64,000 nt of DNA from the NCBI GenBank assembly GCA_046328475.1, contig JAXLWN010000007.1, positions 20,001-84,000 of the forward strand, given 5' to 3'. The notes beneath the pieces were generated by a model. It ran no database searches. It saw nothing but the letters and a program-made list of their open reading frames with translations, and was not told the DNA's origin. This document shows positions 56,665 to 64,000 of this stretch, piece after piece (within the stretch, counting starts at the first letter, position 1; each line of letters begins with the position of its first letter). A program made the translations under genes and the position numbers. Source of the DNA: Chloroflexia bacterium (GTDB taxonomy: Bacteria; Chloroflexota; Chloroflexia; Thermomicrobiales; CADCWN01).

Positions 56665-56834
56665 CGAGGGACGAGTCGTACGTCGTACGATGTAAGTCGT
56701 AAGAGGGGCTTACGGATTCTTCGCTATCGCTCGGAATGACACCACCGAGGGCTGTGCCTTGAGCAGGTGTCATTCCGAGCGCAGCGAAGAATCCGTCTCC
56801 CCTCATTACTCGTTACTCGTTACTCGTCACTCCC
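56647..56834. repeat. Nested palindromic element: outer heptamer arrays (GTAACGA/GGGACGA.. vs TACTCGT x3) enclosing a ~40-bp inverted repeat (..acggattcttcgct.tcgctcggaatgacacc / ggtgtcattccgagcgcagcgaagaatccgt..)
   Basis: Read directly. The inner arms are 56703-56743 and 56766-56804, with a 22-nt loop. Nine in-register heptamers lie on the left. Confidence 0.9.
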
Positions 56835-57480
56835 TCCCCCGCAGTCGCTCTGCATCCGGATCGATCCGCTCGTCCGGGCGCTCCGGGTTGATGCCGGTGT
56901 ACGGGTTCCAGTTGTAGCGGGTGGCGAGGTCGATCCGCAGGGTGCCGGTGGTCGCGCCTGCGGGGAGCAGGATGGTGATCAGGCCGCTATTATCCACGGT
57001 GTGCTCGACCGGGGCGTTGTTCCAGCTGACCAGATAGACGCGCGTGGCGGGCACCGTCGCCAGGATCGCGGCGCGGTGGCGCGGATCGCCACGGCGCACC
57101 AGCGTGGCGATCACGCCGTTGTGCCCCTCCTCCCATGTGCAGGATTCCACCCAGATGTCGAGGCCGGTCGTCAGGCGACCGGGGCGGTGGTAGGCCCCGA
57201 ACCACTGGAGGACCGGCGCGGAGAGCCCCCCGAAGTGGTGCCAGCCCGCGCCGCGTCCGGTGGCGACCACAAAATGCTCGGCGCAGGTGCCGGATCGCTC
57301 CACCTCATCCTGCCAGACTTCGAGCGCGGTCTGCGCGATCCGGCGCGCGAGGTCGGGCTGGCCGAGGTCGAGCAGCGTCTTCCAGAAATACCACTGGTGC
57401 GCCATCCAGACCGTGCCGTTCCAGTAGCCGTCGGCGCGATAGTAGAGATCGACGGCGAGGTCCCGGCGGTGTTGCAGCGG
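56827..57480 (-). pseudogene. C-terminal fragment (about 215 aa) of an (alpha/alpha)6-barrel glycoside hydrolase; the 5' two thirds are missing
   Basis: DLYYRADGYWNGTVWMAHQWYFWKTLLDLGQPDLARRIAQTAL..TCAEHFVVATGRGAGWHHFGGLSAPVLQWF resembles the last helices of GH15/GH63/MGH1-like enzymes. Homology begins immediately after the stop of the crotonase remnant. Confidence 0.55.
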
Positions 57481-57481
57481 A

Positions 57482-58270
57482 CTAGTGGCCGGTCCAGGTC
57501 GCGGCGGGCGTCCAGGAAGGCACAGATCCCCTCCCTGGGCGTCGGTGGCGAGGGAAGTCTTTATCGTCATCACGGTCTTGGTGTACTCGTAGGCGGCGTG
57601 CTGGTCGCGCGATCTGCGCGAACGTGCCTCCCTGCCGATGCCGATGACGAGCGGCTGGCGGCGGCGATCTGCGCGGCGATCCGCGCGTGCGCGCCATCAC
57701 CTGCTCGGCGGGGACAACTTCGTTGACGAGGCCCCAGTCGGCGGCGGTGCGCGCGTCGATCGATGCCGGTCAGCAGCATCTGCATGGCGCGCTTCTGGCT
57801 GATCACGCGGCTGAGCGCGACCATCGGCGTGGAGCAAAGAGGCCGATCTTCACGCCCGGCGTGCCGAACTTCGCCTCTTCCTCGGCCACGACGAGGTCGC
57901 AAGAGGCGGCGAGCTGGCACCCGGCGGCGGTGGCGATGCCGCGCACCATCGCGATCATCGGCTGCGGGATTTGGCCTGACCAGTTCCATCAGTTCGCAGC
58001 AGCGGTCGAAGATGGTGCGGTACTCCTCGACCGAGCGCCTGGTCATCTCGCGCAGGTCGCGCCTGGCCGAAAAGCGGGGCTGTTCCCGGCCAGGATCACC
58101 ACGGCGACATCACGCTGCGCGCTGATCTCGCGCAGCGCGTCGATCACGGCTTCTTTCATCAGCGCGAGCGAGAGCGCGTTGCGCTTCTCCGGCCGGTCCA
58201 GCGTGATCGTGGCGATGCGCGACTCGGCATCGAACTCGGTGAGGATGGACGAGGCAACAGCGGTGGTCAT
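57482..58270 (-). pseudogene. Enoyl-CoA hydratase/isomerase (crotonase) gene with at least 6 frameshifts
   Basis: My hand translation recovers colinear pieces in alternating frames: MTTAVASSILTEFDAESRIATITLDRPEKRNALS..VVILAG; [32 protein letters not shown]; [45 protein letters not shown]; [24 protein letters not shown]; IDARTAADWGLVNEVVPAEQV; AAQIAAAS; DQHAAYEYTKTVMT; ..TWTGH*. Confidence 0.85.
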
Positions 58271-58307
58271 GGGGAGGTCCTTTCGATCGAGGGGCGACAA
58301 CGCCTGG

Positions 58308-59232
58308 TTATTCGCCCGAAGCATATGTAGCGCGCACTTCGTCCAGAGTCGTAGCAGTCCTGAGCCGATCCATGATGATTGGAGTAAGGCCACATCGGTG
58401 ATAGTGCGAATATCGGGCATGAGCGCGCCGCTCAAGCGGGCCAAACTTCAAGTCTAGGCCGAACTCAATGGCTTGCCATAGGCCGCGCCTTTCACCAAGT
58501 CGTTCGCCATATGTGACGTAGGTCATGCCAATTTCCTCCTCCAGGTCGCGGATTTCGCGCCAGGTTTGGGCTTCCAATTCCGGTGGTAGTCGCAGCAACC
58601 ATTCGATGAAGCGGAAGAGGCGGATGTAATCTTGACGCGATCATAGCCGAGGCGATAGAGCCGCCGGGCCAGTGCCAGCTTCGCTCGCGCCCTGGGTTTC
58701 CGGGTCAGCACGCGCGCTGCTCCGCGCGTCGAGGTGCGCCAGGACAATCGTCGCGCAAGGGTTCGGGTCTGGCTCAGTGCCGCCTGGTCGAAATCGAGCA
58801 GCTTCACGGTCGGGAAGGTCAGGCTGAGCGCGCAGCCCCAGCGGTCGTAGCCGAAGCGGTGCGGTCGCCAGCGGGGCCGATCATCCCCAGGATGGCGAGG
58901 CTCGGCCGATCGCGGCGGTACGATCGAAGAGCCGCGGCGTGATAGCGGAACATCCGTTCGGCAAAGAGGGTGTCGGTCTGACTTGACTTCCAGGTGGATG
59001 AAGATGTGCGCCTCATCGCCACCGTGCAGCCAGACTCGCATCAGTTTGTCGACCGCTTGCTTGCCGGTCTCATCGGTCGGGGCGACTTGCTGCAACATGG
59101 TATCCAACGGGTGTAGCCGCGCGACCAGTCGATGTCGGCGTGCGCATCGGGGAAGCAGAACGCCATGATCTCGGGCAGGTAGTCGTCCAGGAACTCCTTC
59201 CACGGGCCGTCGAAGTCGATGGCTGGCAGCAT
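58308..59232 (-). mobile_element. Remnant of an Rpn-family recombination-promoting nuclease / putative transposase (PD-(D/E)XK core plus DUF4351 tail), several frameshifts
   Basis: Pieces recovered: MLPAIDFDGPWKEFLDDYLPEIMAFCFPDAHADIDWSRGY; LDTMLQQVAPTDETGKQAVDKLMRVWLHGGDEAHIFIHLEV; TDTLFAERMFRYH; FPTVKLLDFDQAAL; and the C-terminal LPPELEAQTWREIRDLEEEIGMTYVTYGERLGERRG..FGLDLKFG. The order matches the family as I remember it. Confidence 0.65.
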
Positions 59233-59303
59233 ATCCCGTCTCCTCGCAACTAAGTATACTGTGCGCAGGAAAACGCGCTGAACGAAGCGACGGAGTTAGA
59301 CCG

Positions 59304-60331
59304 ATGCACGCCATTGCCCTCGATCCACTGCATTTCTCCCCGACGAAGCGGTCGGGCGGATGCTCGCGCACGATGTTGAGATCGGCGGGCGGGCGAAGCT
59401 GCGTATGGGCCACCGTGACCGAGGAGTGACGGCTGACGCTGCGCGGGCGAGGGGGCACAAGCTCCACGTCCTGACGCTGGACGCGGGCGATATGACCGAG
59501 GAGGAGGCCGGGCGACGACTTGCCGCAGCGGTCGCCGGGCCGGGCGTGCTGGTGAAAGGCTGGTCGAGGGGCGCTTCAACCTCGTCGCTGCCGGGCGCGG
59601 GCTGCTGCGCTTCGATGCTGCCGCGTTGCAGGCGCTGAACGAGTTGGGTGATGTCTCGATCTCGGCCTGGCCGCCGACGGGCAGACGGTCGAGCCGGGCG
59701 AGGTGCTGGCCGGGGTGAAGGTGACGCCGCTCGTCGCGCGAGGATGACGTGCGCGAGGCCGAGCAGATTGCCGCCGCGTCGGCCGAAGGTGCAGCACGCG
59801 TGCTGCCCTTCCTGCTGCCGAAGGTCGGCGTCGTCATCCGCGAGGCGCCAGAACGACCGGGAGCGCGAGCGGGTCGTCGCCCGCCTGCGCGAGAAGATCG
59901 GCTGGTTCGGAGGCGAGGTGATCGCGGTGGCGCAGGTGCCCGACGACGGGGCGATGGTCGGCGATGCCTTCCGCGACCAGCTCGACGCCGGGGCCGACCT
60001 GATCCTGGCGACGGGGGGGAGCGCGCTCGACCCGCTCGACGCGATGCTGCTGGGGCTGAACCGAGTGGAAGCGAAGATGGAGAAGTTCGGCGCGCCCGCG
60101 CACCCCGGCAGCCTCTTCTGGCTCGCCTACGCGCGCGAGGTGCCGCTCTTCGGCGTCGCCTCCTGCGGCATGTTCTCCAAGGCGACCTCGGTGGACCTCC
60201 TGCTGCCGCCCGTCTTCGCCGGGGAACGCCTCGATCGCCGCAGCATCGCCGCGCTCTGGCAGGGGGGCTTGCTGAACCGAGAAATGGCGTTCAAGTTCCC
60301 GGCGTATGACGGCCAGAAGCGCCAGGACTGA
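59304..60331 (+). pseudogene. Molybdopterin-binding (MoCF_biosynth/MoeA-CinA-like) domain protein with several frameshifts
   Basis: Intact-looking C-terminal half: VVARLREKIGWFGGEVIAVAQVPDD..GADLILATGGSALDPLD..FGAPAHPGSLFWLAY..PLFGVASCGMFSKATSVDLLLP. The N-terminal pieces (GRMLAHDVEIGGRAKL; HVLTLDAGDMTEEEAGRRLAAAVAGPGV; RFNLVAAGRGLLRFDAAALQALNELGDV; VKVTPLV; AARVLPFLLPKVGVVIRE) are spread over three frames. Confidence 0.6.
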
Positions 60332-60351
60332 GGGCGCGAACCGCAGCGGGA

Positions 60352-61707
60352 GTGCTACCGATGATCATCGCCGCAGGCAGCCTGCTCGGCGGTCGCTATC
60401 GCCTCGATCGCCAGCTGGGGAAGGGGGCGTTCGCCCAGGTCTACCTGGCGTCCGATGCCCGGCTCAAGCGGCGCGTCGCGGTGAAGTTGCCCGAGCCCGA
60501 CTTGATCGCGCAGCCCGATCTGCGCCTGCGCTTCGAGAGCGCGCTCGAGCGCAGCGCGGAAATCGACCATGCCAACATCCTCGGCATCTACGACTACGGC
60601 GACGCGGAGGGGGCGATCTACCTCGTCGCGCCGTACGTCGAGGGCGGCACGCTGGCCGAGAAGCTGAGGCAGCAGGGCCGCCTCGGCCTGCAGGCGACCG
60701 GCGACTATCTCGCACAGGCCGCCGCAGCGCTCGATTACGCGCACGAGCGCAACCTCGTCCACGGCGGGCTGAATCCCCGGGATCTGCTGCTGCGCGACAA
60801 CGGGAAGCGGCTGCTGATCGCCGATTTTGGCCTCGCGCAGGCGTTCGGGAACGCCAACGTCGGGCTGGCTGACGGACAGGCGCAGGCGAACGTCGCGTAC
60901 ATGGCCCCGGAGCAGTTTCAGGGCACCGCCGGGCGCGCTGCCGACATCTACGCGCTCGGCTGCCTCCTCTTCGAGATGCTCACGGGTGCGGCCCCGTTCA
61001 CGGACCCCCCCGAGCAGATCAAGCAGGCCAAGGAGACGGGCGTGCCCCCGTCGATCATCGAGCGCAGCCACGGCCAATTGCCGGAATCGCTGCAAATCGT
61101 CATCGAGATCGCGCTGGCGAAGCGCCCGGAGGATCGCTTCCGGAGCGCGGGCGAACTGGCCGCCGCCTACCAGGAGGCGATCGCGGCACCGGTGCCAACC
61201 GCGTCGGGACAGGTCGCGCCGCGACCGCCGGAGACGGCGGTAACACCCGTGCAGGTTGCGCAATCGACCGTCACGGCCGCGCCACCGCCACTGGCGTCGT
61301 TAGCGACAGCGCCACTCCAGGCAACGGGCAACGCAGCGCCGCCCGCCTCCGGCGCGCTCTCGCCCGCGCAGGCCGATGCGCAGGTGCTGGCGGCGCAGAG
61401 TTGGGCGTGGAAGATCGCGCAATCGTGGTGGGTCGTGTTCCCGTTCCTGACGCTCTCGTTGCTCAGTTGGGCCGTCTTCCTCTATGTCGGGGTGCGCGCC
61501 CGGCGCGTGCGCTGGCTGCTCTGGGGCGTGGTCTACTTCGTCGCGCTGGTCATCGTCTTCACCTTCACGGACACGTCGCTCGCCGCCTGGACGATCTTGT
61601 TCGCCTGGTTCGGGTCAATCGGGCATGCGGCGGTGATCGCAAGGCCATACTTGCGCCGCCTGGCCGGGATTCAAGCATTTCAGAATCTGCGCCCGTGGAT
61701 TTTCTAG
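60352..61707 (+). CDS. Hanks-type Ser/Thr protein kinase homolog with degenerate catalytic loop (predicted pseudokinase) and a C-terminal multi-TM domain
   Basis: The Gly-loop LGKGAFAQVY, VAVK Lys, DFG (IADFGLA) and APE (YMAPEQ) are present. The catalytic loop reads LVHGGLNPRDLLL instead of HRDLKPxN. A Pro/Ala-rich linker follows, then 3-4 hydrophobic helices. An alternative ATG start lies at 60361. Confidence 0.85.
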   Translation: MLPMIIAAGSLLGGRYRLDRQLGKGAFAQVYLASDARLKRRVAVKLPEPDLIAQPDLRLRFESALERSAEIDHANILGIYDYGDAEGAIYLVAPYVEGGTLAEKLRQQGRLGLQATGDYLAQAAAALDYAHERNLVHGGLNPRDLLLRDNGKRLLIADFGLAQAFGNANVGLADGQAQANVAYMAPEQFQGTAGRAADIYALGCLLFEMLTGAAPFTDPPEQIKQAKETGVPPSIIERSHGQLPESLQIVIEIALAKRPEDRFRSAGELAAAYQEAIAAPVPTASGQVAPRPPETAVTPVQVAQSTVTAAPPPLASLATAPLQATGNAAPPASGALSPAQADAQVLAAQSWAWKIAQSWWVVFPFLTLSLLSWAVFLYVGVRARRVRWLLWGVVYFVALVIVFTFTDTSLAAWTILFAWFGSIGHAAVIARPYLRRLAGIQAFQNLRPWIF

Positions 61708-61737
61708 CCGCCGTGGCGACACCTTCCCGGAGCAAAG

Positions 61738-61770
61738 CATGGCGACCCGCCGCGATGGCGGGTCGCCATG
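61738..61770. terminator. Bidirectional stem-loop (14-bp stem, 5-nt loop) between the convergent kinase-like and ytxJ-like genes
   Basis: catggcgacccgcc-gcgat-ggcgggtcgccatg, read directly. Confidence 0.55.
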
Positions 61771-61798
61771 TTCATGTCTGACTCATCCGAATGAGAAG

Positions 61799-62179
61799 CT
61801 ATTTCTGGGCACTCCCCGCGAGCGCGGAACCGACGGCCTGCGCCGTGATGGAGAAATGCGAGGCATCCCAGACCGCCTTGCCATCCCGCAAGACCAGGGC
61901 TTGCGGCGATTCGTGGCGCACGCCGGTCCGCGCCGCGATGGCATCGGAAAGATCGTGCTGCCGGGAGACATTGACGAGGTAGGCGTCCGCGAGCGGCTGC
62001 TCGGCGAGTTGCTGCATCTCGCCCCACGCCCGCCGGCTGATCGGGCAGTAGGGGTCGTGCAGGAAGAGCAGCACCGGCGCGTCGTGCGACCGCGCCAGCA
62101 GACCATCGAAGGCGTCGGCGTCGGGAAGAGGCGCAAACCCGCCCTCCGCCTGTTCGCCCTTCGATCCGTTGAGATTCAT
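61799..62179 (-). CDS. ytxJ: YtxJ-type thioredoxin-fold protein (bacillithiol-system monothiol, DUF2847)
   Basis: PVLLFLHDPYCPISRRA (single-Cys CPIS motif), VSRQHDLSDAIAARTGVRHESPQALVLRDGKAVWDASHFSIT. This matches the family signature (..HESPQ..SH..IT). Confidence 0.7.
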   Translation of the reverse strand: MNLNGSKGEQAEGGFAPLPDADAFDGLLARSHDAPVLLFLHDPYCPISRRAWGEMQQLAEQPLADAYLVNVSRQHDLSDAIAARTGVRHESPQALVLRDGKAVWDASHFSITAQAVGSALAGSAQK

Positions 62180-62396
62180 CGGCTTGCTCCCATGCTACCG
62201 GCTCGGCATCGAACCGCGCCCGCTGATTATCGGTCCGCAGCAAGAGCTGCGCCAGTTGCCGCGCGCCGGAGCAACACCTGTCGCCCTCGTGCTATCCTTA
62301 CGCCAACGCGACAGGCGGCAGACGAGCGGTGTCGGCATGGTCCGGCAGCCCGGCGATTCGGCACCCGGCGGCGAAAGCACCGAAAGGACGACCGCG

Positions 62397-62753
62397 ATGC
62401 ATCTCGCCATCTTCAGCGATACGGTCAAGAGCCATTTCTCGGAGGAGCGGCCCGATCAATCGGCGTTGATCCTCTTCGGCAACGCGAAGTTCGACCTGAC
62501 GCGGCAGCCGATCGATCTCTTCGCGAGCCTCAGGGTTTTCAGCATTTTTGGCTCGGCCAGGGTGCTCGTCCCGCCCGGGACGCAGGTGGTCACCGACGGC
62601 GTGGCGATTTTCGGCGCGGCGAAGGTGCGCAGCACCTCGACGGTCGGCCCGGAGGTGCGCATCCGCTACCTCGCGCTCTTCGGCAACGTCGAAGTCATCG
62701 AAGCCGAGGACGAGCCGGTGGCAGTCCATGCGGGGCGGGTGCTCCCGTACTGA
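62397..62753 (+). CDS. Small beta-rich hypothetical protein, possibly LiaF-C/DUF2154-like
   Basis: MHLAIFSDTVKSHF..LILFGNAKFDLT..VFSIFGSARVLVPPGTQVVTDGVAIFGAAKV.. shows a repeated FG..(K/R)V pattern as in LiaF-like C-terminal domains. The assignment is weak. ATG is at 62397. Confidence 0.45.
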   Translation: MHLAIFSDTVKSHFSEERPDQSALILFGNAKFDLTRQPIDLFASLRVFSIFGSARVLVPPGTQVVTDGVAIFGAAKVRSTSTVGPEVRIRYLALFGNVEVIEAEDEPVAVHAGRVLPY

Positions 62754-62766
62754 CGGGGGCGGATTC

Positions 62767-62790
62767 GAAGTTCAAAGTTCAAAGTTCAAA
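62767..62790. repeat. Tandem heptamer array GAAGTTC (AAAGTTC)2 AAA
   Basis: Read directly, 14 nt after the stop at 62753. Confidence 0.85.
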
Positions 62791-62871
62791 ACACGGGCCA
62801 CCGATTGTGGCGCGGCATACTGGTCTGCGCCCTGCGTGCTATCATAACGAGCGAGGGGCGGTGTGTGGGGG

Positions 62872-62906
62872 ATATTCCGCATTCCGCATTCGTCAGTCAC
62901 CATTCG
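62872..62906. repeat. Heptamer array ATATTCC GCATTCC GCATTCG TCAGTCA CCATTCG upstream of sucC
   Basis: Read directly. It shares the GCATTCC/GCATTCG units with the in-CDS array at 47454. Confidence 0.85.
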
Positions 62907-62924
62907 TTTGCGGGGGTATGAGGA

Positions 62925-64000
62925 GTGAATATCCACGAGTATCAGGCGGCCGAGTTGTTCGCCAAGTATGGCCTGCCCGTCAATCCGGGCAAGGTGGCGA
63001 CGAGCCCGGAGGAAGCCGCCGAGCATCAGCGCAGCTTCGGCGGCACCGTCGTGCTGAAGGCGCAGGTCCACAGCGGCGGGCGCGGCAAGGCGGGCGGCGT
63101 GAAGCTGGCCAAGACGCCGGAGGAGGCCGCCGAGCGCACCGGGCAGATCCTCGGGCTCGACATCCGGGGGCATATCGTCCGCAAGGTGCTGGTCGCGCCG
63201 GGGGCCGACATCGCCAAGGAGTATTACCTCGGCGTCATCCTCGACCGCGAGGCGCGCGGCGTCACGATCATGGGGAGCGCCGAGGGGGGCGTGGACATCG
63301 AGGAGGTCGCGCGCACTAACCCCGAGGCGATCATCAGGGTGACGGCCGACCAGATGCTCGGATTGCAGGACTTCCAGGCCCGCCAACTGGCGTTCGGCAT
63401 GGGGATCCCGGCCGACCAGGTCGGCGGCTTCGTGGCGATCGTCAAGGGGCTCTACAACGCGTTCGTCGGCGAGGATGCCTCGCTGGCCGAGATCAACCCG
63501 CTCATCCGCACCGGCGACGGCAAGTGGCAGGCGATCGACTCGAAGATGGTGCTGGACGACAGCGCGATCGGTCGCCACCCCGGCACCGAGGCGCTGCGCG
63601 ACCTGAGCGAGGAGAACGAGACCGAACTCCAGGCGAAGGCGGCCGGCATGGCCTTCGTGAAGCTCGACGGCGAGATCGGCTGCATGGTCAACGGCGCGGG
63701 CCTCTCGATGGCGACGATGGACGCGATCAAGGCCGCCGGGGGCGCACCGGCCAATTTCCTCGACGTGGGCGGCAGCGCCACCTCGGCGCAGGTCGTGACC
63801 GGGCTGAAGCTGATCCTGGCCGACCCCGAGGTCAAGGCGATCCTCTTCAACATCTTCGGCGGCATCGCCCGCTGCGACGTGATCGCCCAGGGCATCGTCG
63901 ATGGCCTGACGCAGATCGAGGTCAAGGTGCCGCTGGTCGTCCGCCTCCTCGGCACGAACCAGGAGGAGGGCCGCCGCATTCTGCGCGAATCCGGCTTCGA
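62925..64000 (+). CDS. sucC: Succinate--CoA ligase (ADP-forming) beta subunit, 3' end beyond window
   Basis: This gene is absent from the ORF track because it runs off the window. My hand translation from GTG 62925 gives [100 protein letters not shown]. Confidence 0.93.
   Translation, partial: MNIHEYQAAELFAKYGLPVNPGKVATSPEEAAEHQRSFGGTVVLKAQVHSGGRGKAGGVKLAKTPEEAAERTGQILGLDIRGHIVRKVLVAPGADIAKEYYLGVILDREARGVTIMGSAEGGVDIEEVARTNPEAIIRVTADQMLGLQDFQARQLAFGMGIPADQVGGFVAIVKGLYNAFVGEDASLAEINPLIRTGDGKWQAIDSKMVLDDSAIGRHPGTEALRDLSEENETELQAKAAGMAFVKLDGEIGCMVNGAGLSMATMDAIKAAGGAPANFLDVGGSATSAQVVTGLKLILADPEVKAILFNIFGGIARCDVIAQGIVDGLTQIEVKVPLVVRLLGTNQEEGRRILRESGF

Overview
This is a high-GC bacterial chromosomal window (GC judged by eye, not computed). 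The gene content looks Terrabacteria/Chloroflexota-like, but I could not verify that.

Genes. I recognise about 38 apparently intact genes:
- Core functions: rho (its 5' end probably lies off-window), lon plus hsp20, aconitase, and sucC (3' end off-window).
- A GntR-linked sugar ABC operon, and an ABC-2 exporter.
- A Pat-type acetyl-CoA-synthetase/GNAT fusion.
- A molybdopterin hydroxylase large subunit.
- Cell-envelope genes: a UbiA/DPPR-like prenyltransferase, a clan GH-A hydrolase and GT-C glycosyltransferases.
- A LysR regulator and a VapBC-type toxin-antitoxin pair.
- Two DUF4232 lipoprotein paralogs and two GNATs.
- A Hanks-type kinase homolog whose catalytic loop is degenerate.

Three things stand out beyond ordinary annotation:
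1. Short tandem repeats. A pervasive set of short tandem arrays, mostly heptamers, often occurs as inverted pairs around a short core. They sit exactly at gene boundaries and once inside a CDS.
2. Palindromic elements. A second family of GC-rich hairpins flanked by CCCTAC (REP/BIME/MITE-like) includes two 82-bp copies with a compensatory stem change.
3. Gene decay. About 15 genes are broken or fragmentary, and several carry many frameshifts each. They cluster in three decay zones next to remnants of an HNH endonuclease, a HicB-like antitoxin and an Rpn/DUF4351-type element.

An 80-nt copy of the LysR 3' end also forms a direct repeat around a 3-kb segment.

I found no rRNA, tRNA or CRISPR array.

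Limits: all coordinates were derived by hand from the printed sequence and the ORF track. Repeat and hairpin boundaries may be off by a few nt. All homology calls come from motif recognition, not searches.
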